Assembly: GCA_964444075.1 (NCBI GenBank)
Contig: CAYUFF010000003.1
Location: 1 to 44,911 of the forward strand
Origin: an uncultured archaeon
GTDB taxonomy: Archaea; Aenigmatarchaeota; Aenigmatarchaeia; CG10238-14; SCSR01
Reading direction: 5' to 3'
Length of the DNA: 44,911 nt
In this document: positions 37,159 through 44,911 of the stretch, one piece after another
How positions within the stretch are numbered: the stretch's first letter is position 1
Layout of the letters: the number at the start of each line of letters is the position of its first letter
Notes under the pieces: generated by a model
Databases searched by the model: none
Told to the model about the DNA's origin: nothing
Seen by the model: only the letters and a program-made list of their open reading frames with translations
Made by a program: the position numbers and the translations under genes

Positions 37159-37458
37159 ATGCAGGAAATATATTCTGCCTTGCTTTTGCACGCGGCGAAG
37201 AAGCCGATAACGGAGGAGAACATAAAGAAGGTCTTGGAAACCGTGGGTGCTGAGATAGACGAGGGTAGGATAAAAGCTCTTGTCGCGAGCCTTGAGGGTC
37301 AGGATATAGAGGAGTTGATCAAGCAGGCTAGCTCAGCGATGGTTGCCACCGCTCCTGCCGAAAAGAAGGAGGAAGAAAAAGAGGAGAAGAAAGAAGAGGA
37401 GGAAGAGAAGAAAGCAGAAGAAGCGGCCACCGCTGGTTTGTCAGCGCTCTTCGGCTAA
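37159..37458 (+). CDS. rpl12: 50S ribosomal protein L12 (aP1)
   Basis: IYSALLLH..IKALVASLEG, acidic hinge, GLSALFG. Confidence 0.97.
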   Translation: MQEIYSALLLHAAKKPITEENIKKVLETVGAEIDEGRIKALVASLEGQDIEELIKQASSAMVATAPAEKKEEEKEEKKEEEEEKKAEEAATAGLSALFG

Positions 37459-37462
37459 AACC

Positions 37463-38011
37463 ATGGAAAGGCTTCTGAGGCTTGCTAAAAAGATAGAGGA
37501 TGTCGAACTGAGGAAAAAAGTAGAGGATTTTCTGAAAAACCTCGAGCTCACGCACCCCGAGTTCAAGAAGTATCCCAAGACTCCTCTAGAGGAAGCTAAG
37601 TCTCCCTTTACCGTTGTCAACGTCGGCACGGTCGAGAGAAAAGTCCTCGAACACACAGTAGCGCTTACCGAGGCTTGCATAAAAGTTTCGGAGATCCTGG
37701 AAAGGAACTTTGGCGTGAAGCTCAAAAGGGATTACTTGATAGCTGCGGCTATTCTTCACGATTTGATGAAGTGCTTCGAATGGACTCTTGCCTGCCAACC
37801 AACGGGAATTTTGCTCGACCACACGATGCTGGCTGTCGCCGAACTTTACAAGAGGGGTTTTCCCGAGGAGGTAATCCACATAGTGGCGAGTCATTACGGA
37901 GAGAGTGGAAGCACGCCTCCGAGGACGCTCGAAGCCTTCCTACTCCATTATCTCGATACCACGCTTTCCCTCATGGAATTCTACATAGCACTTTTCAAGG
38001 GGAAGCAATAA
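37463..38011 (+). CDS. HD-domain phosphohydrolase
   Basis: EHT, ILHDLMK, LDH, HIVASH, PRTLEAFLLHYLD; ATG at 37463. Confidence 0.88.
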   Translation: MERLLRLAKKIEDVELRKKVEDFLKNLELTHPEFKKYPKTPLEEAKSPFTVVNVGTVERKVLEHTVALTEACIKVSEILERNFGVKLKRDYLIAAAILHDLMKCFEWTLACQPTGILLDHTMLAVAELYKRGFPEEVIHIVASHYGESGSTPPRTLEAFLLHYLDTTLSLMEFYIALFKGKQ

Positions 38012-38064
38012 GTTTGGCTTTGGGTGAACTAAAAAATTATTTTCTTTGGGCTCAATGAAAAATT

Positions 38065-40443
38065 ATGGACGGAAAAGAAATGGTAATGGAATTCCTCAGG
38101 AAGGATCCCGAAAGGTTCTGGAAGGTTAGGCTTTTCGACGAACTCGGGTTTGAAAGGAAGAAGTGCACGAAGTGTGGAAAGTACTTCTGGACACTCACCG
38201 AGCAAGAGGTTTGCAACGATTCGAGTTGCAGGGATTACGAGTTCATAGGAGACCCTCCGGCAAAAAGGAAGTTGGGTTACTTCGAAGTCTGGGAAAGGGT
38301 TAGCAAGTTCTTCGTGGAAAGGGGTCATGCTGTGTTGAAAAGGTTCCCCGTGGTTTGCAGGTGGTTTCCGCTCTACTTTACGATTGCAGGAATCGTCGAT
38401 TTTTACAGGATGAGCAACGGAAGCCTAGACTTCGAGTTTCCCGCTAACCCGAGCGTCGTAAATCAAGTTTGCTTGAGGTTCAACGACATTCCCAACGTTG
38501 GGATAAACTCGAAATCCTACACCTGCTTCGGCATGATAAACCAGCAAAGCCTCTACGACGGGAAGGAAGGTTATTGGAAGGATGAGTGCATTGAGCTGGA
38601 TTTCGAACTTCTTACCAAAGTGTTGAAAATTCCTCCCGAGGAGATAGTTTTCATAGAGGATGCCTGGTTCGGAGCTAATGCTTTCGGAGCGTGCTTGGAA
38701 TACCACGTCAGAGGTTTGGAGTTGGGTAATGCCGTGTTCACTCAGTTCGTAGGGACTCCGGAAAGCTTCAGGGAGATGGATAAGAAGGTCATCGACATGG
38801 GAGCGGGCTGGGAAAGGTTAACGTGGATTACCCAAGGAACCCCTACCAGTTATGAGTGCGCTTTCGGTCCTGTGGTAGAGAAGCTTAAGAAGGCTTGCGG
38901 AGTGGAATACGACGAGGAGCTTTTCCTGAGGTACGCGAAACTCTCTGGGAAGCTCAACGTCGATGAGGTCGACGATATTTTTAGCGTGAAGAGAAAAATC
39001 GCGGAAAAGTTAGGAGTTGATGTTGAAACTTTAGAAAAGAACATCGAACCCCTGCAGGCGATTTTTTCGATTGCCGACCACGCTAGGGCTTTGCTCTTCG
39101 CGTTGAGCGACGGCGGGATAATCAGCAACGTCGGCGGTGGTTATAACTTAAGGGTGATCTTGAGGAGGGCTCTAAGCTTCATCGACAAGTACTCTTGGGG
39201 CGTGAAGCTTGAGGACGTCATCGCCTGGCACGCGGAATATTTAAGAAAGATGTTTCCAGAGCTCGAAGAAAACCTTGAGCACGTCGTGAGGATGGTTGAA
39301 GTCGAGGAGGAAAGGTACAGAAAGAGCAAGGAGAAGGGTAAAAGGCTTGTCGAAAAGTTCGTGAAGGAAAACAGGGTTCCTAGCGAGGAAGAGCTGATGA
39401 AGCTCTACGATTCGGAGGGAATAACTCCGGAGCAACTGGTCGAAGCTGGTCTTAAAATAGAGATACCTCCCAAATTCTACGCTAGGATTACAGAGCTGCA
39501 CATGAGGGAGAAGGAAAAGAGGGATAAGCTCGAGTTCGACGTCAGCAACGTAGCTCCGACTGAAATTCTGTTCTACGAAGCTCCAGAAATATTTGATTTC
39601 GAAGCGAAGGTTGTGAAAGTTTTTCCCGAGGGTTGGGTTGTCTTGGATAAGACAGCGTTCTACCCAGAGTCGGGAGGACAGGCTTGCGATAAGGGAATGA
39701 TAGGAGGTCGTGAAGTCCTGGACGTTCAGAAAGTCGGTGGCGTAATACTGCACAAGGTCGATGGAGAGCTCAAGGAGGGAGGGGTTGTCGAGTGTCACGT
39801 TGACAGAGAAAGGAGGGAAAGGCTGAAAAAGCACCACACAGCCACTCACATCCTAAACGCTGCTTCGAGGATGGTGTTGGGTAAGCACGTTTTTCAGCAT
39901 TCCGCTTTCAAGGAAGAAGGGAAAGCGAGGCTGGACATAACTCACTACCAGGCTTTGAGCGAGGAAGAAGTTGAGAGGATAGAGAAGCTTGCCAACGAAA
40001 TCGTGGCCAAAGGTTACGAGATAGTGGTGGAGGTTATGCCAAGGGGCGAGGCCGAGCAAAAGTACGGGTTCAACGTATACCAAGGAGGTCCCATCGCTGA
40101 GAAGACGCTGCGGATAGTTTCTATCGACGACATCGACCACGAAGCATGTTGCGGTACTCATTGCAGGAACACGAGAGAAGTAGGGATCATCCACATCCTC
40201 CGAACAAAGAGGATTGCTGACGGAGTCGTCAGGATAGAGTTTTGCGCTGGCGACGTCGCGAGGGAAATGTTGGAGCGAAGCAAGAAAATCGTCGAGAGCG
40301 TTTGCTCCGAGCTCGGAGTTTCGTCGGAGCAGCTTCCAGAAAAGGTGGAGGAAATCTTCGAGAAGTGGAAGAGCTTGAGGAAGGAAGTAAAGAAGTTGAG
40401 GAAGGTAGCGATGGTTGGGAGGAGAGGGAATGAAAGACGTTAA
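38065..40443 (+). CDS. alaS: Alanine--tRNA ligase lacking the C-Ala domain
   Basis: N-terminal CxxC Zn site, CLRFND, GLELGNAVF, IDMGAGWER, ADH; editing domain HHTATH..ACCGTH. Confidence 0.96.
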   Translation: MDGKEMVMEFLRKDPERFWKVRLFDELGFERKKCTKCGKYFWTLTEQEVCNDSSCRDYEFIGDPPAKRKLGYFEVWERVSKFFVERGHAVLKRFPVVCRWFPLYFTIAGIVDFYRMSNGSLDFEFPANPSVVNQVCLRFNDIPNVGINSKSYTCFGMINQQSLYDGKEGYWKDECIELDFELLTKVLKIPPEEIVFIEDAWFGANAFGACLEYHVRGLELGNAVFTQFVGTPESFREMDKKVIDMGAGWERLTWITQGTPTSYECAFGPVVEKLKKACGVEYDEELFLRYAKLSGKLNVDEVDDIFSVKRKIAEKLGVDVETLEKNIEPLQAIFSIADHARALLFALSDGGIISNVGGGYNLRVILRRALSFIDKYSWGVKLEDVIAWHAEYLRKMFPELEENLEHVVRMVEVEEERYRKSKEKGKRLVEKFVKENRVPSEEELMKLYDSEGITPEQLVEAGLKIEIPPKFYARITELHMREKEKRDKLEFDVSNVAPTEILFYEAPEIFDFEAKVVKVFPEGWVVLDKTAFYPESGGQACDKGMIGGREVLDVQKVGGVILHKVDGELKEGGVVECHVDRERRERLKKHHTATHILNAASRMVLGKHVFQHSAFKEEGKARLDITHYQALSEEEVERIEKLANEIVAKGYEIVVEVMPRGEAEQKYGFNVYQGGPIAEKTLRIVSIDDIDHEACCGTHCRNTREVGIIHILRTKRIADGVVRIEFCAGDVAREMLERSKKIVESVCSELGVSSEQLPEKVEEIFEKWKSLRKEVKKLRKVAMVGRRGNERR

Positions 40444-41164
40444 GCTCCGTGCCTCGTTAGAAAAATATTACATCACGCTCGACAGAGCGAACCGATACTC
40501 GTTCTTTGGGAAGAGGAAAGGAGAAATAGAAAGGTTGCTGGAAGAGTTTTCCGAGTTTTTCGGCGAGAAAATACTCGACGTCTGTTGCGGGGGTGGTGCT
40601 TTAGGAATGCTGGTTCACGAGAAGGTGAAAAGGTACGTTGGCGTCGATGCCAACGGGGAGATGATAAGGAACGCCCGGGATGTTGCAAGGAAGCTTGGTG
40701 CGAAGAATTGTTCGTTCTTCCTATGCGATGTGAGAAAATTTGCTATGAGGGAAAAGTTCGATACCATTGCTTGCCTAGGAAACTCGCTTTGTCACCTAGA
40801 CGTCTTCGATTGGATTGAAGTCGTTAAGAACGTCAACGAGGTCTCTGAGAAGAACGCACACTTCATAATCGAGTACAGGGATGTGGTTAACTTGCTGTTC
40901 GAAAAGAAGTGGAAAGACGTCACGGTCTTCGAGGAAAACGGAAAACTCTGGGTCGACGTATCGAAGGAGATGGATACCAAGTCTGGAAAAATATGGAAGT
41001 TCGCGTTCTCTCCCCAAGAGCAAAGAAGCTGGATGGAGTTTTTCCATGCAGTATGGTCTCCGTTCATCCTTAGGAGTGTCATGCGACTCTTGGGCTGGAG
41101 GTTGGTTGGAGAAAAGAAAGTAGAAGAGTGGGACGGTTACGTTGAGGTTTATGAGAAGTTGTAG
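40430..41164 (+). CDS. Class I SAM-dependent methyltransferase
   Basis: ILDVCCGGG, GVD, DVR, FDTIACLGNSLCH. Confidence 0.9.
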   Translation: MKDVKLRASLEKYYITLDRANRYSFFGKRKGEIERLLEEFSEFFGEKILDVCCGGGALGMLVHEKVKRYVGVDANGEMIRNARDVARKLGAKNCSFFLCDVRKFAMREKFDTIACLGNSLCHLDVFDWIEVVKNVNEVSEKNAHFIIEYRDVVNLLFEKKWKDVTVFEENGKLWVDVSKEMDTKSGKIWKFAFSPQEQRSWMEFFHAVWSPFILRSVMRLLGWRLVGEKKVEEWDGYVEVYEKL

Positions 41165-41331
41165 CGTTTTCGAACAACTCATGCTCTTCTTTCTCACCAC
41201 CGACCTTAACCATCTCAACCTTTATTCTCGTAGGTTTTGGTTTAACCTTTTTAGCAACGTCTTTGTAAGCACGAGTAAGTTTGAGCCGGAAGCAGCGAGC
41301 ATGCTAACCTTCGCCTTCACCATTCCTCTGG

Positions 41332-42381
41332 CTATCGCTTCGATAAAGATTCCCGTTTTTCTTCCAGCCTGGCCCTTTCTCTTCTCACTATCTCGATAGT
41401 TTTCCTATAATCAAACTTTTTCTCCGACCATAGAAGGTAAGGGAAGTAAGAAACGAGGCCAAAAACGGCTCCGGTGAGAGGTAGAGAAATGTATTCTGGG
41501 AGTGCGGTCCTCAAGCAATGGAAAAAGTACGCTCCGTCGTGGAGGCTCCCCAAAAGGATCGAAGAAGCGACCCCGAACAAGAAACTTTTGACTTTCTCGT
41601 AGTTCAGGAAGGTCTTTCTTATTCTCCTGGCGAGCATGGAGAAGGGGGCTTGATGAGCAGCCGCGCCGCCCACGAGGAGCGGTAGTAGGGAGGGAGACGG
41701 TTCCGAAGGAGAAACGACAGTCTCCCCGCCTACTGCAAAGATGGGTAGCTGAGGGAGGGGGTAAACGCTGACGCTCTTGACTTGCACCCCAGAAAGGTAC
41801 GCCGCGAGCGCATGGCCGAACTCGTGGAGACACACGAGGGGTAGAAGGTACGGCGTCGCACACCCCGCCCAAAAATAGAGAAGTTCTTTCAGTTTTCCCT
41901 TCGGTCTGGAGGCTGGACCGGAGCCAGACCTTTCCTTTATTTCGTAGCCTCGGAGGAACAGTTCCTTCAACCACTCCTTCAAGGGTGGGTGTTCTTCGAT
42001 GGCTTTCTCTACTATCTCTTTGTCCTTACCCTTCAATTCGAGGATAACTCTATCCTTCTCTACCGAAATCTTCCTAACTTTTCTCAGCACCGTCGCCAGA
42101 GCCTTTCTTCTTTCTTTCTCAAACCTTCGCAAAAACCTCTGCGGGTCTGAACAAATCCCGTGGACCCTATACTCCGTCGAAATCTCTTCCAAGAGGAACA
42201 ACGCGTCGTAGTTTTCACGAAGGGAATACTTCTCCACTGCACTTATAACCCTTTCGTCGTTAACGAACGTTCTCAAACGTTCGCGTAAATCGCCGTAGGT
42301 TATTTTTTTACTCTTGTACTTCTCGTACGCTTCAATCAATTCTTCCACTCCCACATCGTTTTCCCCCGCCATCCTTATCAC
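41332..42381 (-). CDS. M50-like intramembrane zinc metalloprotease with N-terminal soluble domain
   Basis: CLHEFGHALAA in a hydrophobic segment, GGET hairpin, LHDG candidate third Zn ligand. Confidence 0.72.
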   Translation of the reverse strand: MIRMAGENDVGVEELIEAYEKYKSKKITYGDLRERLRTFVNDERVISAVEKYSLRENYDALFLLEEISTEYRVHGICSDPQRFLRRFEKERRKALATVLRKVRKISVEKDRVILELKGKDKEIVEKAIEEHPPLKEWLKELFLRGYEIKERSGSGPASRPKGKLKELLYFWAGCATPYLLPLVCLHEFGHALAAYLSGVQVKSVSVYPLPQLPIFAVGGETVVSPSEPSPSLLPLLVGGAAAHQAPFSMLARRIRKTFLNYEKVKSFLFGVASSILLGSLHDGAYFFHCLRTALPEYISLPLTGAVFGLVSYFPYLLWSEKKFDYRKTIEIVRRERARLEEKRESLSKR

Positions 42382-42700
42382 GTCGGAACCCGTATCCTAA
42401 GTACAGGCTTCGACCTTTTTCCTATAGGGTAATCTCTGTTAAGATTTTTTAAACTTGTCTGAGGTCCTAAAGCTCTGAGGTTATACCGCATGCGGGCTGG
42501 CCAGAAGCGGGAGGTGTAAAAACACTATGGGGAACTGGTAGAACACGAATATGAGTGAAATACCTTTCCAAAAGCGGTGCGCGGGCTATAAAGGCGTAGA
42601 GCTTTGGATTTCTCCATGGATGGGGGCTTGTAACTAGAGGAGTAACGTTGCTAAGTCTAAAACTAAGAAAACTCTACGAAGCATGGAGTAACCTCTCAGG

Positions 42701-43039
42701 TTAGAACAACTTTAGTTTTTTCCAGACGCGGTAAGCGATGTAACCGGAACATCCCGCGAGGAGATAAGAAAGCGTGACGGCGGCAAGTCCTGCATAGCTC
42801 GTTTGACCGGAAATTTCTCCGCATTCGCTCGTGAGCGCTTCGTAGAGTAGCGTCGTGCCCAAAAGTGCCGCGACGAGGGAAGTGAGTCCCGGCGAAAGTC
42901 CGGCTAGAATTTTTAGGGCCACTCTTCTCCTTCCCTCTGGGATCCTCGGAAGGTTTTCCCTTTCATGCTTTCCGTAGCCTGATGTATAAAGATTGTGAAA
43001 ACATTCTCCGTCGATGGGGTTAAAAAGCTTTTTCATCAC
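42701..43039 (-). CDS. Small two-TM membrane protein, hypothetical
   Basis: Two hydrophobic helices and a basic C-terminus; start uncertain. Confidence 0.55.
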   Translation of the reverse strand: MMKKLFNPIDGECFHNLYTSGYGKHERENLPRIPEGRRRVALKILAGLSPGLTSLVAALLGTTLLYEALTSECGEISGQTSYAGLAAVTLSYLLAGCSGYIAYRVWKKLKLF

Positions 43040-43354
43040 AAAACGTTGAGCCCTTCGAACACTTATTTCTTTCGGCTTAGCTGGTTTGGCCAGCTCGGGT
43101 TTGGAATGCTAAGTCTCTCAAAAACCTCTTCGAAAAGGTAAAGTTCAGGTTTCGCCTACTTTCCAACGACCGAGGAGGGTTAACCTCAAATAACTCTCCG
43201 AAAAAAATCACGGAAAACGTGGTCAACCAAGGAATTCCTAACATCAGAGTCGGTAAAGTAGAGAAGAAGAGTTTACCCGGTCGTAGGAGAGGCGGGAGAA
43301 GTTCCTCACGGCCTAGGCGGCTCATGAGTTCGTTGCCAGCGCTTACTTCGAGCT

Positions 43355-44602
43355 TCACTCGTTCGATTCGAAGAATTTTAGAGCAACCATACAATAAACC
43401 TTGATGATGTTCACGAAACTCTCGAGAGATACAAACTCGTCGGCGGCGTGTGCATTCCCTCCGTCTGGCCCAAAATTGATGGCTGGTATACCCCCAACTA
43501 CAAACATCCACATATCACTCCAAGCTCCAGAAATTCCTAGTTCTGGTTCCCTCCCAAAGACTTTTTTAATACACTCCCGTGAGACTTGGACTATCCTTTC
43601 ATTCTCGTCAACCCAGACTGCAGGAACATACATTATACTCCTTAGCTTGTATTCTATACCCAAAGCTTCCAATCTCTTCCTCATCCTTTCCTCTATCACC
43701 CCTTTCTTCACGCCCGGGAGTATTCTCAAATCTCCGTAAGCTCTACAGGATGGGGGAACCACGTTTATACCGCTCCCCCCTTCTATCACGGTAGGAAAAG
43801 TAAAAACATTCCTCCTCCCAGCGAATAGTGCAACTTTGGGTTGGGGAAGGTCTTTCTCGAATCCTTGGAGAGCCTGGATTACTCTTTGCATTTCCAAGAT
43901 AGTATTCCTACCCTTGATTCCCATCTCCCACTCCCTGAGGCCAGTGTGACAAGATTCACCGTAAACTTCGACGAAAAAGCGGTACCCACCTCGATTTCCT
44001 ATACAGATCTTCTTAGTCCCAGGCTCGCCGACAATGGCAGCATCGCCTCCTAGCCCCTGTTCCAGCAGGTATTTGGTCCCAAAAGGTGAGGAGGCAAAAG
44101 TTTCTTCGTCGACAACGAACTGAAGCTGAACCCTCCCACCTAGCAAATCCTCATATTTCAGCAATATTTCACTCATGGCAACAAATGCTGCCAAACTAGC
44201 CTTCATATCATAGGAACCAAGACCGTACAACTTCTCCTCCTTAATGAACCCAGAATAAGGGTTGAAAGAATAATCGCTACTGGGCAGCACCGTGTCCATG
44301 TGTCCGTTGGATACTAACGTACCCTTCCCATCCCCAAATTCCGCCACAACGTTAGGCCTTAAACTAGAGACCCCTACAAACCTTGGTGAGAGCCCGATTT
44401 CTTCTAGCTTCTTGTAGATAAGTTCTGCCACCTCCAGCTCCACGGGTGTGTAGGGGGAAGTCTTCAAGAGGTCTTTAGCAAACGGGTTCGCCGAGGGTGT
44501 CTGGACGAGTTTTTGTAAGAAAGTTATGTAAGAGTTTTTTACTTTATCCACTTCCTCTGCGAGCCTGGAGTAGATATCATTCCGCTTTCCTGAGATGAAC
44601 AA
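43355..44602 (-). CDS. M20 family (ArgE/DapE-like) metallopeptidase
   Basis: NGHMDTV, GSYDMK, VDEE, GEP, NVVP, AHAADE. Confidence 0.92.
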   Translation of the reverse strand: MFISGKRNDIYSRLAEEVDKVKNSYITFLQKLVQTPSANPFAKDLLKTSPYTPVELEVAELIYKKLEEIGLSPRFVGVSSLRPNVVAEFGDGKGTLVSNGHMDTVLPSSDYSFNPYSGFIKEEKLYGLGSYDMKASLAAFVAMSEILLKYEDLLGGRVQLQFVVDEETFASSPFGTKYLLEQGLGGDAAIVGEPGTKKICIGNRGGYRFFVEVYGESCHTGLREWEMGIKGRNTILEMQRVIQALQGFEKDLPQPKVALFAGRRNVFTFPTVIEGGSGINVVPPSCRAYGDLRILPGVKKGVIEERMRKRLEALGIEYKLRSIMYVPAVWVDENERIVQVSRECIKKVFGREPELGISGAWSDMWMFVVGGIPAINFGPDGGNAHAADEFVSLESFVNIIKVYCMVALKFFESNE

Positions 44603-44701
44603 TAATGAATCTATTAAGGTTTATTAAGTTTAATATAGTTTCAGACAACACTGTTAACGAAAAAATCAAAGCGTTGTTAGGAACGCCCGAAGATTCGCTA
44701 A

Positions 44702-44738
44702 ATGTTTTTTATGTTAAAACGTCTAACATAAAAAACAT
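44702..44738. repeat. Perfect 15-bp inverted repeat with 7-nt spacer
   Basis: ATGTTTTTTATGTTA-aaacgtc-TAACATAAAAAACAT. Confidence 0.9.
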
Positions 44739-44798
44739 CTTCATCATTCAGCAGGTCGAGAAGAGACGGAATTTTAAAGGGTTACTGGTGGGAACTTT

Positions 44799-44814
44799 TG
44801 TTAGACGTCTAACA
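44799..44814. repeat. Perfect 16-bp palindrome TGTTAGACGTCTAACA
   Basis: Read directly from the sequence. Confidence 0.9.
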
Positions 44815-44845
44815 TCAGAGTTAGTAAAGTTGCGGAGTATTTTGC

Positions 44846-44911
44846 GTTAACCTAAAGTTAACGATTTTTGGTTAACGAAAAGTTAACGAAAAATTTAAAA
44901 TGGTTAACGAA
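44846..44911. repeat. Cluster of GTTAAC(GA) repeats running off the window end
   Basis: GTTAAC at 44846, 44857, 44871, 44882 and 44903, plus one at 44653. Confidence 0.85.

Noticed and set aside
42400-42700. Possible ncRNA (SRP or RNase P RNA)
   Set aside because: No convincing conserved motifs or closing helices by eye; a covariance-model search would be needed.
43040-43350. RNase P RNA-like GAGGAA motif on the minus strand, and ORF 43077..43511
   Set aside because: The matching 3' P4 strand was not found; the ORF overlaps the M20 gene and has no motif.
44605-44850. 81-aa ORF across the terminal repeats
   Set aside because: AT-rich, no motif, and it spans dyad elements; more likely non-coding.
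44846-44911. CRISPR array
   Set aside because: Repeat units are only 6-10 bp with 5-15 bp gaps; there is no repeat-spacer structure.

Overview
Archaeal chromosomal DNA, gene-dense and using the standard genetic code. The compact, rearranged core operons suggest a reduced-genome, DPANN-like lineage (inference only). The window holds the RNA polymerase operon (rpoH, rpoB'', rpoB'/rpoA', rpoA'', rpl30e, nusA, rps12, rps7), the ftsZ-secE-spt5-rpl11-rpl1-rpl10-rpl12 cluster, spt4-rps24e-rps27ae, thrS, alaS, DNA ligase, archease and a beta-CASP nuclease. Accessory genes include a large DUF2341/beta-helix surface protein, a pilin, an orphan FdhF-like molybdoenzyme, an amidinotransferase-fold protein, decayed MNT/HEPN modules and M50/M20 peptidases. 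Most notable: (1) RpoB' and RpoA' are fused in frame through a short EDGSG linker while B'' and A'' stay separate; (2) the ribosomal factor-binding region looks remodelled, with uL11 missing its whole N-terminal domain, uL10/P0 missing its acidic tail, and uS12 altered in near-universal motifs; (3) RpoA'' carries a 360-aa intein whose LAGLIDADG nuclease appears inactive; (4) the right end is AT-rich non-coding DNA with a perfect 15-bp inverted repeat, a 16-bp palindrome and roughly phased GTTAAC(GA) repeats, a candidate origin or operator array. No CRISPR array, rRNA or tRNA was recognised. All calls come from motif recognition by eye; no database search was run.
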